Assembly (NCBI GenBank): GCA_015680685.1
Contig: MNCI01000474.1
Location: 139,483-196,098 of the forward strand
Direction of reading: 5' to 3'
Source: Gnetum montanum
Taxonomy: Eukaryota > Plantae > Gnetophyta
DNA: 56,616 bases
The notes beneath the pieces are model-generated. The model was not told the DNA's origin and ran no database searches. It saw nothing but the letters and a program-made list of their open reading frames with translations. Position numbers and translations under genes: made by a program. This document shows, one piece after another, positions 1 through 13,164 of this stretch (position 1 is the first letter of the stretch; every line of letters starts with the position of its first letter).

Positions 1-1605
1 GCTATTTCTGTTGTTAACTTTTGAATTGGCAAGGTTTTCCTATTCACCAACTCTTCGATTGGTGACTCATCCTCTTCATCACAAAATTTTACTCCCTTCT
101 TTCGAAGAGAGGGATCACAGTTGTATTCTTCCACACTTTCCCTTTTGCGTAGCTCACCTTCTTCTTTTGCTACTTGTTCAAACAAGCTATGTACTTCATG
201 GGCTCTAAGTTGTGAGAGTCTCCCTTGGGCATAAGTCCCAAGGGTTCTTCTAGTTTCATGCCTTAGCCCATCCACGATGTGGCGAAGTTGATCCCGTTGA
301 GCGTATCCATGGCTCGGGCAATGATATAACAATGTGTAGTAGTGGGCCATGGCAACATCCAAGGGCATGTGTACCTTGTTTCCAGCCTTGGATCTTCTTA
401 TGCAAATTGGACACTCTGGAGTACGTCTGATACTTATCGTTGAACAGTTCTAACATCGTACTCCACCTCCTGATGGTTTCTGGTTGTAAGGACCAGTACC
501 AACCCTCTGCTTCTTTAATGAGTGTCCTTGGAAAAAACTTAAGTTTTTGCCACTCATTTTCTATATTCTGCAAGGCATAGGCATCATGGAATGCCTGTAA
601 ATGATGCTGCGGATCAGCATTGTATCCCCCTTTAAATCATGGGATGTTGTTCATGTCTAAGTGTTTAATCGGACTATCTTTTAAATGCCTTGTGGGAATT
701 CTAACAGCCTTTGTTATGTCAAGCATACTTCGGGTTGCAAGTAGGGGCTCATCATGATCATCTCTTTCATGACGCCTGTGATGTCTATGTTGTTCCCTAC
801 TTTCCCTTTGTTCATTCCCTTATCCTCTCTCTCGACTCTCTCGTTGAGGTCTCTCATTTTTCTTACCTTTATCCTCTTCATTATGCTCATCATGATTACA
901 TCTTGATGTGGAAGGAGAGGGTGAGTGATGTGAAGAAGGGAAAGAAGAAGGAGAACCATCATCATGGTGATGTTTTCTACCTTCTCTTCGGCTGATATGG
1001 CCCCGATCGTGGTGACAATCTAAGTGCCCATCCTTATCATGAGTTGTTGTTCCCTCTGTGAACAGCTGGTGTTCATGGGAATCAAAACCAGGGTTGTGTA
1101 TCGTTGAGCGTAGGTTCTGATACCCAACCTCCTCACCATCATTAGGAGGAGGAACATCTCTTAATAGAGAACCCATTATGAGTGGTTCACCATCTCTAGT
1201 TTCAATAAGGATGTGCAGGACCTCTTTGCCCTTCAACAGTGTATGTTGGCTCTCCTACCTTGCATCCCTCATACGTTGTAAAGGTGTGGGATGGTAATCC
1301 CTTACGTCAAAATTTTCCACAACGTATTCAGCATATAGTTCTGTCATTCCAATCTGTGCCAAAGCATGGAGAAGCATGTTTGGGATTGATTGATTTGGAG
1401 GTAACACGATGTTACCTTGCAAATCTCTCCAGTGCATCTATTCGTCTTGATGGAGAATAAAAGTAAAGTTGGGGATATACTCATCAGGATGAGTATATGT
1501 CACTTTGTATTGTTGAGGAACCGGCTGATTCAGGTTATGTGTTTTTGATTTCCGACTGTCTTTTGTATTATCCCTAGGTGATGCGCTCTTGTGAGAAGAA
1601 GACAT
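1..1605 (-). pseudogene. gag: Degenerate gag (Retrotrans_gag-like domain)
   Basis: ORF 256..573 KLKFFPRTLIKEAEGWYWSLQPETIRRWSTMLELFNDKY matches the gag capsid pattern (LFPxSLxxxAxxWxxxL...W..L...F..KY); broken into several frames by stops and frameshifts; candidate ATG at 1605. Confidence 0.8.
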
Positions 1606-1731
1606 TGTTATTTATCAGTGTGCTAATTACCATTATATAAATTATTGTTAATTAATTAACCTGAAGGTTTGTTTAGGCTCCCAACAATGTGAGTGATATC
1701 CTTTATGTCTACTTAGTGCACAAACACTTAG

Positions 1732-1749
1732 TCCCCGACAATAGTGCCA
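1732..1749 (-). promoter_or_regulatory. Primer-binding site, Athila type (tRNA-Asp-like)
   Basis: Minus strand TGGCACTATTGTCGGGGA versus the Athila consensus TGGCGCCGTTGCCGGGGA: 4 transitions; 1 nt from the LTR end. Confidence 0.8.
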
Positions 1750-1750
1750 A

Positions 1751-2731
1751 TGATGAGTGGCGAGGTACCCCTACACTCAACCATACGAAACGAGCGTAGC
1801 ATGCGCGATCCGGTCGAACTCCGCAGACTAAGTGCCTACACGCCCCATGGAACACTTGGGGTTAATCATTCGTTGTCTTCCTAGACTTACTTGTAATTGT
1901 CATAGTGTATGGTTAAGTAAGTTTGAGGTATATGATTTTTATGGTCTTTTATGTTTTTCTCCTATGCTATCGAGGTGAAGGGTTGAGAAACTAACTAACT
2001 CTAACTAATGAACTAAGTCTAAACTACCTAGCATCAGCATCTGTTCCCACTTACCATACACACCTTGAACCAATGCAACCGTGGTTACCAAACGCTAGTC
2101 GTTGCTAGGATCCCACGCGTAACGCACGTGCTAGAAGTGGTCATACTAAGGCACTTAACTAGGAGGAAAGGGTTGAGAGAATCTAATCTAGCCTAAGTGC
2201 GATGAGCAGCCGATTCCTTGACTAACCGTACACATCTTAATGCACGACTACCATTGGGATTACCAAGCGTAGATCCTGAATATGCCACTGGGTTACCAAG
2301 TAGTCACACTAGATGCTCGTAATCAAGTCGTACTCATATCGCTTGCGATGAGCGACCGATTCCTTGACTAACCATACACATCCTTAGATGCTCGTAATGA
2401 AGTCGTACTCATACTGCATTCTAGGAGTTTAAGGGTGAGAGAGAAAAAAATAAATAAAATCCTATTCCATGCACTACAAGGTTTATCCAGGAAGTTCGTC
2501 TTTATTGCCGTACACAACTTGTGTTCAGGTACAATGTTGCTCGAATAAAGATCCGTTCACTTTAGGACTCCTACTGCGGGCACATGGAAAATATTCTATC
2601 TCTGGAGTGATCAAACTACCAGAGTTTCCCTACTTTTAACCCAGAATGGGGAAACAAGGGAGAGTCACCTCTTATTTATAGATATGGCAGCGGACTGCGA
2701 TATTGCGGCTCATGCGAATCGCGTCTCATCA
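1751..2731 (-). repeat. 5' LTR of the Athila-like element (981 bp)
   Basis: TG..CA termini; reverse-complement homolog of 7526-8438; TATAAATA on the minus strand near 2673-2680; internal sub-repeat at about 2198 and 2345. Confidence 0.9.
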
Positions 2732-4200
2732 CCTTCCAATCCCTTGGTCTATCCTACATGTTATTTGTCTTTTTGTGTTGATTTTGTTGAGGATAATTCT
2801 GGGATGTTTTGGCATGTAGGGTATTTTTGGCTTATTTTGATGAGTTTATGAGGTTCTAGGGTCTATGGGAAACTTGTTTGGAGGTATTCGGAGGCTCCCG
2901 GCATCAAAACAAGCATTTTTATTTTTGGCATCTATAGGATAGATGTCTCTCCAAAAAGATAGATGTCTTCCTAGAGACATCTCCCTTGAAGTGTAGATGT
3001 CTCAAGTTTAAAGAAGACATCTACCAAAAATAGTAGACATCTCTTTTGTAAGCAGGGCTTTCACAAAATACATTTACATAAAGCCAGAGATGACCTAGAT
3101 GCACGGGGAAACTTCCAAAATTGCGCATTCCAATTTGGGAAATAACCAAATCAAGATAGAAATAGTCAAAGCAAGATGGAAATAGTTGGGGAGAAGGTGA
3201 GAAGACTTGGGAAACATCTAAAGAACCTCAAGTTGAATTGAGGAAAGGTTTCTAGGGTTTTTACCTTCTTATTACTTATAAATATTGATGTAACTCAACA
3301 TTGTAAGGGGCATAACCTTGACCATGCATAGGACAAAAAGCTTGTGAGAGTTGAGGAAGGAGAGCTTGTGCAAGGAAGTTGAGTGAGAGGCAAGGAAGAG
3401 CACTTGAGAGAGATTAGGAGAATCTCTTATAAGTGTCTTGTCTTGAGCTTGGGCTTCATTTTGAGCAATTAAGGATTGAGAGGGAACAAGTGTGGCCTCT
3501 ATGATTCTAGGGAGAGTTGTGAGTTAATCTTGGCTCCTCATCTTTGAAGTATTTTCTATGTATTTTGAGAATTATCTTAATATAAGGGAGGTTTTCTCCA
3601 TTTTATTATGTTATTCTTATTTTCTAAGCTAGATTTGCTTGGAAGTTATGGATTGGATCCTATTGGGGTTTATTGAGGTGCAACCCCTACACCATGAAGG
3701 CTATGATCCAAGCCTAGCTATAATAAGTAATAGTGAATGGCCTAGCTTACCTACAATCTTCTTATCATCAAACATGTTGAAACGTTCTTGCAAGTTGATC
3801 TTTAATGCTAGTATCCAATGATTGTACTACGAAGTAACCTCAATAAGCTTATAATATCTTTTGGTCTAAGAAATAAGGTCATGAAAGCCTAGATTACATG
3901 ATAGGGACTACTAAAATCACCTCTACTACTCCTTCCAACTAACTAGCCTACTAACTATAATCCTAAGCTCGAGGTCCATCCTCCTCCAATGAAAACTAGC
4001 TTCGAGTCTTATCTAGAAGTATCCTTGAGTAACTAGGTCTGAGCATTCCTAAAGGATTAAGGGATCTTTATAAACTTGCCATAATTGCATACACATGCTA
4101 GCTTCTAAGGCACCTACTCAACCTTATCTCTATTCCATACCATGTTGAGACTACTTACTATTATTAATGTGTAAAACTTGATCACACACAAACATCATCA
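2732..4200 (+). repeat. Probable older LTR fragment of another family, interrupted by the Athila-like element
   Basis: AGATGTCT/AGACATCT motif cluster at 2938-3043, TATAAAT at about 3278, GA-rich R-like region, ends in CATCATCA at 4200; no partner LTR or PBS seen. Confidence 0.35.
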
Positions 4201-4739
4201 ACAACATGTTTTAGAAGACTATCACCTAGGACACCTTCCACATTGATATAAGAACATGAGAATCATCACTCCCCAAAATCATACTTAGAAAATAATTAAA
4301 CTTAACCATACATTAAGCATGTTAAGAATAAAAATTAGCCTCTTAACAAATCCTTAAGTGACTTAAACACTTATAAAACCATATAATCATATGAATTAAC
4401 TTAGAAAACTTAACAAAGTAGAAACCACTTGAAACCCACATTTAGTACAATTATGTTCTTTAGGCATCATTGCAACATTACATTATAATTTTATGGAAAA
4501 TTCATAATCATGGCCAAAATACAAATCCATTGAATGACAATAGCATAGAATAAGATAAATAAAGAAATAATCCTTCATCCAATATTAACTCTTCTTTCAA
4601 TTTCTTCTTGTCAACCTTGAAAGCATCCTATGAGATCTACATGGAATACATGTAGGAAGGGTTAGAACATCTTCACAATAGAGGATATAATTTTAAAGAT
4701 CCCTAGAACAAGATTGGAAGATGTAGCCCATGCTGCAAA

Positions 4740-5720
4740 GCACACTATTAGGACCAACAATAGATCACCATCACCTAATTGTTAATTAAAGTTATTAAAT
4801 ACAATAATTAATGTGTTAATCTACTATTAACCTATGATTTTTTTTACTCATTATATTCCTATAAGATTTGTAGCATTGAACACTGGAATAACTATATGGC
4901 TAATACTAACTTATACTAGCCACCAAGGCCTCTTGGTTGTGAACATCATCTCTTTAGATCAGTTTCATGAATGTCCAACCATCGAGTAACATTATGGCTA
5001 GTACCAGTTCTATAACTACACTAACTCCTAAATCCTCACTTGCATCCTAATTAAGAATTAATTTGACTACATGTGACTAGGTTGAGGGATCAATTCCAAG
5101 GTTAACCTTCCATGCCGAACCAACTATTCTTGTATCACTTGTCTTTTTGTAAATCATGTTAGTTAATGAAACCTACTAATATTAACTACATTCCACTAAG
5201 TTAATGGACTAGCTCTGAAGTCAACTTTCATGATTGACCAACCACTAGTAGCGTAATTATTATTTTCTAGCTTCCAATACTTCGAACATGCCAAAAATGT
5301 CTACTAGCCACTATTTTCAAATGTTATCATTTTCTTCAAATGCCACTTACATCACATTGCTTTAGAAACCAATTTGAAATTTAGTTGTGACTTTTGTCAT
5401 GACCTCTATATCCATTACAACTTGAGTTGTAATGTTCAATGACATTGCTACCATTATTGTCATAGGATGCTGGAAAGGATGTAAAGAAAAAGTGGAAATT
5501 ATGGAAAATGTTTAATCATAAGGTTAAGAAAAACAAGCAAGAATTAGATTATGAGAGATAATTAGAAAAGGTATATTAGAAAATGATTAAGTAGAAGAAA
5601 AGTTATATCGAAAGGAACATTTTCTCTACCTTGTAAGATCAGATAAGAGCAAAGCTTTGCCAAGAAAGGATAGGTTTATATCCCAAAATTGCAAAGAGAT
5701 CCATTATGCATAGGTACAAG
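4740..5720. repeat. Highly decayed dispersed repeat, copy 1 (possibly old gypsy leader/gag region)
   Basis: Colinear similarity to about 9020-9980, e.g. ggatgctggaaagg...aagtggaaattatggaaaatg versus agatgctgaaaagt...aagtggaaaatatgaaaatg; followed by an LTR-end-like TGTAACATCCC near 5721. Confidence 0.45.
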
Positions 5721-7525
5721 TGTAACATCCCTACTATCCTAGGAATAGACTAGAAGATATTACTTAAAAATAAATTGTAACTTAATGAAATAAAAAAATA
5801 CTAAGAAAAATTAATAGGGAAAACAATAGTCATTCATAAAATAGGTGTATAATAGCACAAAAAATATTTGTTAAATTAAATATAAAATTACAATTTCAAT
5901 AGCCCCTTGAATATCAAACCTAACATATTCACTAAGCAATGATAGTTTGAAGCCCCTAAAGCCTAAGCCATAAATATACAATAGCCAAACATTGAGAATC
6001 ATAATAGAATAACATAAGATATCAAACTTGAATATAGTGTTGAACTACTAATGTTTTAAAATAAATTTTAGTTTAAATTAATATCAAATTATCAAACAGA
6101 AAGTTAAATAGAAAAGTAAAGTTAGGCATGCTCCCAGACAAGCGAGTACAAAGTTCACACATGATAACTAAAGAATATACAAAGTATAAAATACTAGTTG
6201 AACATTAGAACTTAGAAATTACATCCAACTTACTAACTTAAATAAAATGCTAAAATGTCTAAATATTAATCTAAGCATTAGTTTCTTTAACTAGTCCTCA
6301 TCACACAACTTGTTTCATCTAGGAGGTGAAAACAAAAAGAAAAGTTAGTTTAAATGACTAAGTAGAAAAATTGAATTACTAATATTTCCTTAAGGATTTT
6401 GAAACCATGCATTAGGTAGCTAGACAACCATGTATAGGGGTTGCTGCATCCAAAGAGTTAGTACCAAACATCAAAAACAAACAAATATCAAATAATCCAA
6501 ACAATAATACCAAATGCCAAAATATTCCAAAAAAATTCTACCATTGTCTAATCTTAAATATTTTGTGGAGGCTAGAACCTAGTTCTTAGTATCCAAATGT
6601 CCAAGTTAAGACGTTTAACTTTCGTGCATTAAATGATTTTATCCAAATTCAAAACCAAATACAAACCAAAATGTGCTAGTAGGACTTATTTAATGTTTTT
6701 AAAATTTGATACCAAGGTCTACCTAAATACTACCTTAATTGTTATCATTAGCTAAGGGGCAAAAACCCTACAAGTGAGATTTTTTAAAGGCCAATGGGAA
6801 TTAAACTTTACTATTGCAAATAGCAAAGGGTTCTAAACTTCTTAGGATTCTTTTAAAGCCAATTGGCCACATCCTACATGCTAGCTCCACTGAAAGCAAA
6901 CCAAACAAAGATATTCAGCTAACATATAAAATACCAATATACCTAATCCAAACAACAAATGTTAGAAATCAATACAATTAACAAAAACTAGGGTGGTGGA
7001 AAAATGTATTGATCTCATACCAAATTTTCAAATGTTAAGGAGCCTTAAGCCTCCTATATAGACAAATCCAAAATCTCATATGTGCTAAATCGGGATGACC
7101 CTATGTCTTATATATATGTCTAAAATGTTGATGAGCATTTATTAATTAATGATGAACCCTATAAAATAGATTTTTAATTTCTACGAAATTTTGTTAAGGT
7201 TTCTTCTAATTCTTTCATCATGTTCATAGGTCAAACTACATTTCTATGTAGCTAAACTATGGGCTTTCTAAGGTAAAAAATGTTGTGATAACATTGCCAT
7301 TTTTAAGTTCAACATTGAAAAAAACTCTTAAAAGGTTCATTATGATCTTGAAATGGGGTTGTAATGGCTATTATAGTACCAAGAAAGGTTGATTGAGGTC
7401 TGCACCAATGAGTTGAGTAACTATGTCTTCTTGGAAGTAGATGTTAGACAAAATGTTGGGCCTTAAAAATCAAAAGTACATTAAAAACGCTAGTAAAATG
7501 TCCTAGAAATTTAGCAAACTTAAAT

Positions 7526-8438
7526 TGATGAGACGCGACATGCACTGTGCCGCGATATCGCGTCTTTCCCTGCGATATCGCGTACGCGATATCGCGGTCC
7601 GCCACCATATATATAAATAAGAGGTAGCACTCCCCTTATTTCGAAATCCTGGCTAGAAGTAGCGAAGCTCTGACAGATTGATCACTCGAGAGTTAGAATT
7701 TTTCCCATGTGCCCGTAGTAGGAGTCCTAGAGTGAACGTCTCTTTATTCGAGCAGCATGTAACCTGAACCCAAGTTCTGTACGGCAATAAAGATGAACTT
7801 GATTGGATAAACCTTGCAGTACATGGTTTTATTTATTGTTATTTATTTACAGCTTTCCTAGTGCGCACAAGTACAACTTGATTACAAGCATCTACGGATG
7901 TGTATGGCTAATCAAGGAATCGGCTGCTCATCGCTAGGCTAGAACGTGTGATAAGTACGACTTAGTTACGAGCACCCACGGGTGTGTACGGCTAGCTAAG
8001 GAATCAGCGGCTTATCACACTCAAGCTAAATAGGTGCCTTAGTACGACCACTTCGAGCACTTGCATTACGTGTGGTGATCCCAGTAATGATTAGCGTTTG
8101 GTAAGCCACAGTTGCATAGTTCAGGGTGTGTCCGGTAAGTGGGAATGGATGCTGATGCTAGTTAAATTAGACTTAGGATATTAGTTAGAGTTAGTTAGCT
8201 TCTCAACCCTTCCTCCCATAGCTTAGGCGATAAACCTGAAAATACCAAAAAAATCACATACCTCAGACTTGCTTAACCATACACCGTGACACCTACAAGC
8301 GAGCCTGGGAAGACAACGAACGATTAACCCCAAGTGTTTCTTGTGGCGTTAAGGCATTTAGTCTGCGGAGTTCGACCGGATCGCGCATGCACGCTCGTAT
8401 TCGTATGGTTGAGTGTAGGGGTACCTTGCCACTCATCA
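7526..8438 (+). mobile_element. Solo LTR, Athila-like (913 bp)
   Basis: TGATGAG...CTCATCA termini flanked by an identical 5-bp TSD TAAAT (7521-7525, 8439-8443); homologous to 1751-2731; TATAAATA at about 7612. Confidence 0.93.
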
Positions 8439-9019
8439 TAAATGAAATCCAAATTTAGAGAAAACAGAAAATATTTTATGACTAAAGCTTAAAAAAATAG
8501 TAGTACTGTAGATCCAACTCCAAATTATAGCATATATATCACAAAAATCTTTTGATTTACCAAATATATGTTGTAAATGCATTTTTTAGATAGTAACTAT
8601 TAACAAAAAAATGTGTAGTAACCAAATTGATTCAAAACATTAATGTTAAGCATTGTAATGGATTTTCCTTTTTAACTAGAAGAACTATTGATAGAAACCC
8701 TTGAGTGAATGAGATTTCCTAAAATTAACTCTAAGCCTTAAGTACAGATAAGGGTCAATGATAAGATCTATGCAAGATCCAAAACAAAAATCTAAAGGGA
8801 AGACACTTAGATTTGAAAGATTATGGTTGTCATGTCCTAAAAAGTGTACTTAAAAAATTAATTATATGTTAACTACTCATGGGGCATGATAAATAAAACT
8901 TAACCACTTAATGAATCTTGAAGCCACTTTAATGCTTAAAAATCATTGTCATAGTAGAGAGAATCCACCTTGAACCTCCTTGGAATAAAATTGGAAGATG
9001 GAATACATTCTCTAAAACA

Positions 9020-9980
9020 CATGTTAGAACTAATAGTAATTATTGATTAATCAAATGTTAATCAAACTATAATAATTACTGTTAATGTAATTGTCTACCA
9101 TTAACTCTTGATTTTCTTTACTTATGGATTTTTCTGTGAAGTTTCTAGCATTAGATGTTTAGTATATCTATAAGGATGATATTGACTTAACTAGCCATCA
9201 TGAATTATTTATTGTAATACCTCATCTAGTTAGGCCAACCCTCATGTATGAGAAGATCAATTGTTGCATTAGAAACCCTCATGCATGTTAATTTCTAACT
9301 ATTGGATTACATAATGGTTAATATTAACCTTGTAGTTATTGTAGATCCTAACTTCCTAACACAACTCTAAAATCAAGTTGGATTTCGACTACATCATAAT
9401 GATCATCCTTGAATTCCTAACATTAGTTACCTTATTGCAAATCATGATTAATGTATCCTAATCAATCTTTTTAACATGTTGAATGTACCCATACATGCAT
9501 GAGATAGTTGCTCAGTATTGTTGTTTGAAGCCATCATTCCTATCAAATGTCACCATGTCTGCATCACTCTAGAAATGTGCTTAAATTTTGTCATGAATTT
9601 TGTTATGATCCCTAGATATGTTGTGTTCTTAGATCATGATGCTTGAAGATGTCATATTTGCTACTAATGCTAGAAATTAATGATGCAAGATGCTGAAAAG
9701 TACAAAAAATAGAAGTGGAAAATATGAAAATGATGAAATAGAAAACAAATAATAATAGATCAGGGTTGGATCGATAATAAAAATCAAGTGTTAGATCAAT
9801 AATGACATTAAAGAGTAAAATGATGAGGTAAGTAGGTTCAAAAAATAAAGTTGCTTATAGAATTCATAAAAGAAAGAATATTTCCTCTAGTTAAGAGATT
9901 AGTTAATATCTAAGCTTTGTGAAGAAGGAATAGGTTCAGATTTAGAAATCACTAAGATATTCACCAAGCACTGCCACATG
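9020..9980. repeat. Highly decayed dispersed repeat, copy 2
   Basis: Colinear similarity to about 4740-5720, e.g. aagctttgtgaagaaggaataggtt versus aagctttgccaagaaaggataggtt. Confidence 0.45.
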
Positions 9981-12900
9981 CAAGCGAATGGATTAGAGAT
10001 TAATATATAATTTATGTTAAAAAATGTAGCCATTAGAGTGTTACAATGTTATAAGTTATACAATAATAGTTAATAAACCATAGTTATAAGTTCTAAACAT
10101 TAGAGTGTTACAATGTTAGCTTAGATGAGGTTACTCTCATATTTGGTAGGATCTTTATCTTTAGTTCACTCTCCTAGATGTTAGTGAAGAAAATGAATGA
10201 TTTCTAATGGAAGGGTTACTAGGTACTTATAATTACAAGGGCATGCTAGGGTCAAAGAAATGGGTAATTTAAAAATACAAAATAAAATACATGTGAGTAA
10301 ATTCTAAAAAAATATAAATATGATTTATAAAGGATTTTATACCTAATATTGGTCTTCTAAGATACCTCCAACTACTATATAGTAAGTTATATCAACCTGT
10401 AAATTAACTAATGTCTATTGTTCAAACCCAAATGCAACTATCTAAGGAGGTACTATATTGTATCATCACTAGAGCCCAAAGTAAAAAGTTGAAATTAAAA
10501 TATGTTTTAATTGAATATTAAATAATTGTCAAATCATGTTACATATAATAACCAATGTATACTACATGCCTAATTATTAGAATATATTCCAAATTTCGTA
10601 ATCCCTTAGGACTATTCATAACCACTCTTAATCAATTCGTAATGAAAAGGTGTGACTCGTAACCCAGGAATAGTCATAACCCTTATACAAAATATTAACA
10701 ACCAACATCTAAGTTATGAATGTGTGTTGAGATGTAGAATTAAAGAAGAATTAATGGATTAATAAAGATAAAAGCACTAAGAAACAATACACATCATGAT
10801 GTATATAAATAAAGAAGTTGAAGTAATTAGTAACTCAAAGATATGAAGTTGACATTATGAAACACAAAGTTCAGAATGAGAATATGACTACCATAACCAA
10901 AAGGTTAAAGAAGTGACTTGAAGCATGAAGAAAGTGTTGTAGGAGATAAAAGTAATTATTGTAGCACATGATTCAATTTCCTAAAGTGGAAGAGAAGGTC
11001 CAAGTTATGCCATATGTAGCCTAATCTAGTTTCTTAAATAAGAAGAGAAGATCATCTGGAAGGTTATGATGGAGAAGGAAGAAAACAAAAGAGAAGAAGA
11101 GAAAGGATTATAAAGAAAAAGTATTTCTTAATACCTAGAGAATCAAGATAGTGAATCATAAGTACAAGACAAGCATAGTTCTCAATGAACTAGCCAATGT
11201 ATAAGCAAGTCAAGAGGTGATTGCAAAGAATTCCAAGTAAGTGGTTACGAAGAATGATTCATATCCTTAAGAGTTATGAATCATGTAGGATGATATATGA
11301 TATCAAGTTTTCTCATGGACTGAGATCCTTGGGGAATTAGGATTTTCCAAGAGATATAAAACCAAATTCTAATATAAAAGCCCATGTACCAATGACTCAT
11401 CTAGTACCTAATATCTATTTACTTAAAACTCGAATAAAGGAATTAGTGGACATATGCTTATAATAAAATAGAATAAATATAATTAAAATTATAAATATAC
11501 CTCATCAGGTAATTATGAGGCACATAGCTCCAACTCATATATGTAACCCAAATCACAAATCACACCAAAGCTCAAACATGTAAATAATCCCAAATAAAAT
11601 ACACATCACATTAAGGCATATCAAAGTAGAGGGTACAATGATAATGTAAGTGTAAGAAAAATAATACATTAAAGGTTCAATACAATGTAAGGATATTTAA
11701 AAAATAGTCTCAGCTAGGAGAACAAACATGATATTTGAAATTATAGTAATTTAACTTTGAATTTTTTTAAGGACTAATGAGGTATCAAAAATGATTCCTA
11801 ATGTTATATAATAAAATACAATAAATTTTAAGAAAAAATTATGCTAAATATCATAATAGGCCAAGAATCAAATAGTTTTAATAGTATATAACATATTATG
11901 TAACTTAAAGTTACTGAGTATAAATGATAGAAATGTAAAAACCCATAGTCAATTTTGTACTAAAGTGACTAATAGCTATTCTTTTTTTTTTTGGAATAAT
12001 AAATTAAACAAATAAAAAAAGGAAAAGATATATATTTAAGAATTAAAAAAGTACATAATAAAGTATTAGAATAATATGAAAGAAAGAAAAATAGATATTT
12101 AATAATAATAATAATGTCTCATTACAAATCAAGAATGGACCTCAAAATTTGGATAGAAATAAAAACACAATCTGAACTCAAATAGAAAAGGATGTGAATG
12201 CTGAAACTTCAATGGAAATGCAACTCTAAAATAGGAATTATGATATATAAATGAATAGCCAAATTTTCACATTTAATTTAACAAAGAGTTCTAGTAACCT
12301 TCACACTCTAAATGTACTAACTTCCAAACAAATTTAAAATTCATAATTCATACGAATCACTACTGAAAAAACTTGAATAGAAAATATCAAATGCAATAAA
12401 TGGAAACTTATCTCTTAATGGAGCTACATATGGTTTAAGCTAATTTAATTGCTTGCTACATCAACTTTCTTGGATAGACTTCCAAAAGACAAAATCCATC
12501 CAACAAATCCTTTCACTTGGACTTTTATGCCACTAAAACCTTGATAGGATCCCCATTAGTCAAGATCACTAAAGATCTATTAATGGTACATGTAGCTATC
12601 CATTATAAACATTGAAGATAATAGGAACATAAATTGCAAAGTTTAATTGTGTATATTATTGCATTTAATGTAAAAATATTATGATACATATGATACAAGT
12701 GAACGTGTTACCATGGTAGAAAAATGATAATTTTATAATTTTTATATATTTTATAAAAAAGAACAAAATAATAATTAAAACTTTTTTGGAATCCCTTGTG
12801 GGATAGGTGCAATGTTCACATAAGGAAGAAATAAAACATACTTTTGCATCACAACCCCTTATAGGATAGGTGCAACATACAAATCTAACACACACACAAA

Positions 12901-13164
12901 CCATGCCATAATCCCTTATGAAATAGGTATGAGACTAACATATGAAATTGATAAAATCTCGTCAGTTACATTTTTGATTGTCCAACATTATTTTGTACAG
13001 GTATGACCTCCTTGGTCAAGGCAAAGTCATCATAAAGCTTTACATAACTACACTAATCTATGTAAAGGAATTAAAGTAATTATAATTTATAAATTTGATA
13101 GATAATTTCATTAAATAGGTATCATCTTTAAGGTTTAATAAAATAAAATTAAAAATTTTAAGAG

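Larger units (their letters stand above)
1..2731 (-). mobile_element. Athila-like Ty3/Gypsy LTR retrotransposon, 5' part (LTR-PBS-gag), continues past the left window edge
   Basis: LTR with TGATGAG...CTCATCA termini, adjacent Athila-type PBS, then degenerate gag on the minus strand. Confidence 0.85.

Noticed and set aside
711-995. His-rich and hydrophobic short ORFs on both strands
   Set aside because: Alternative frames of a low-complexity linker within the decayed gag.
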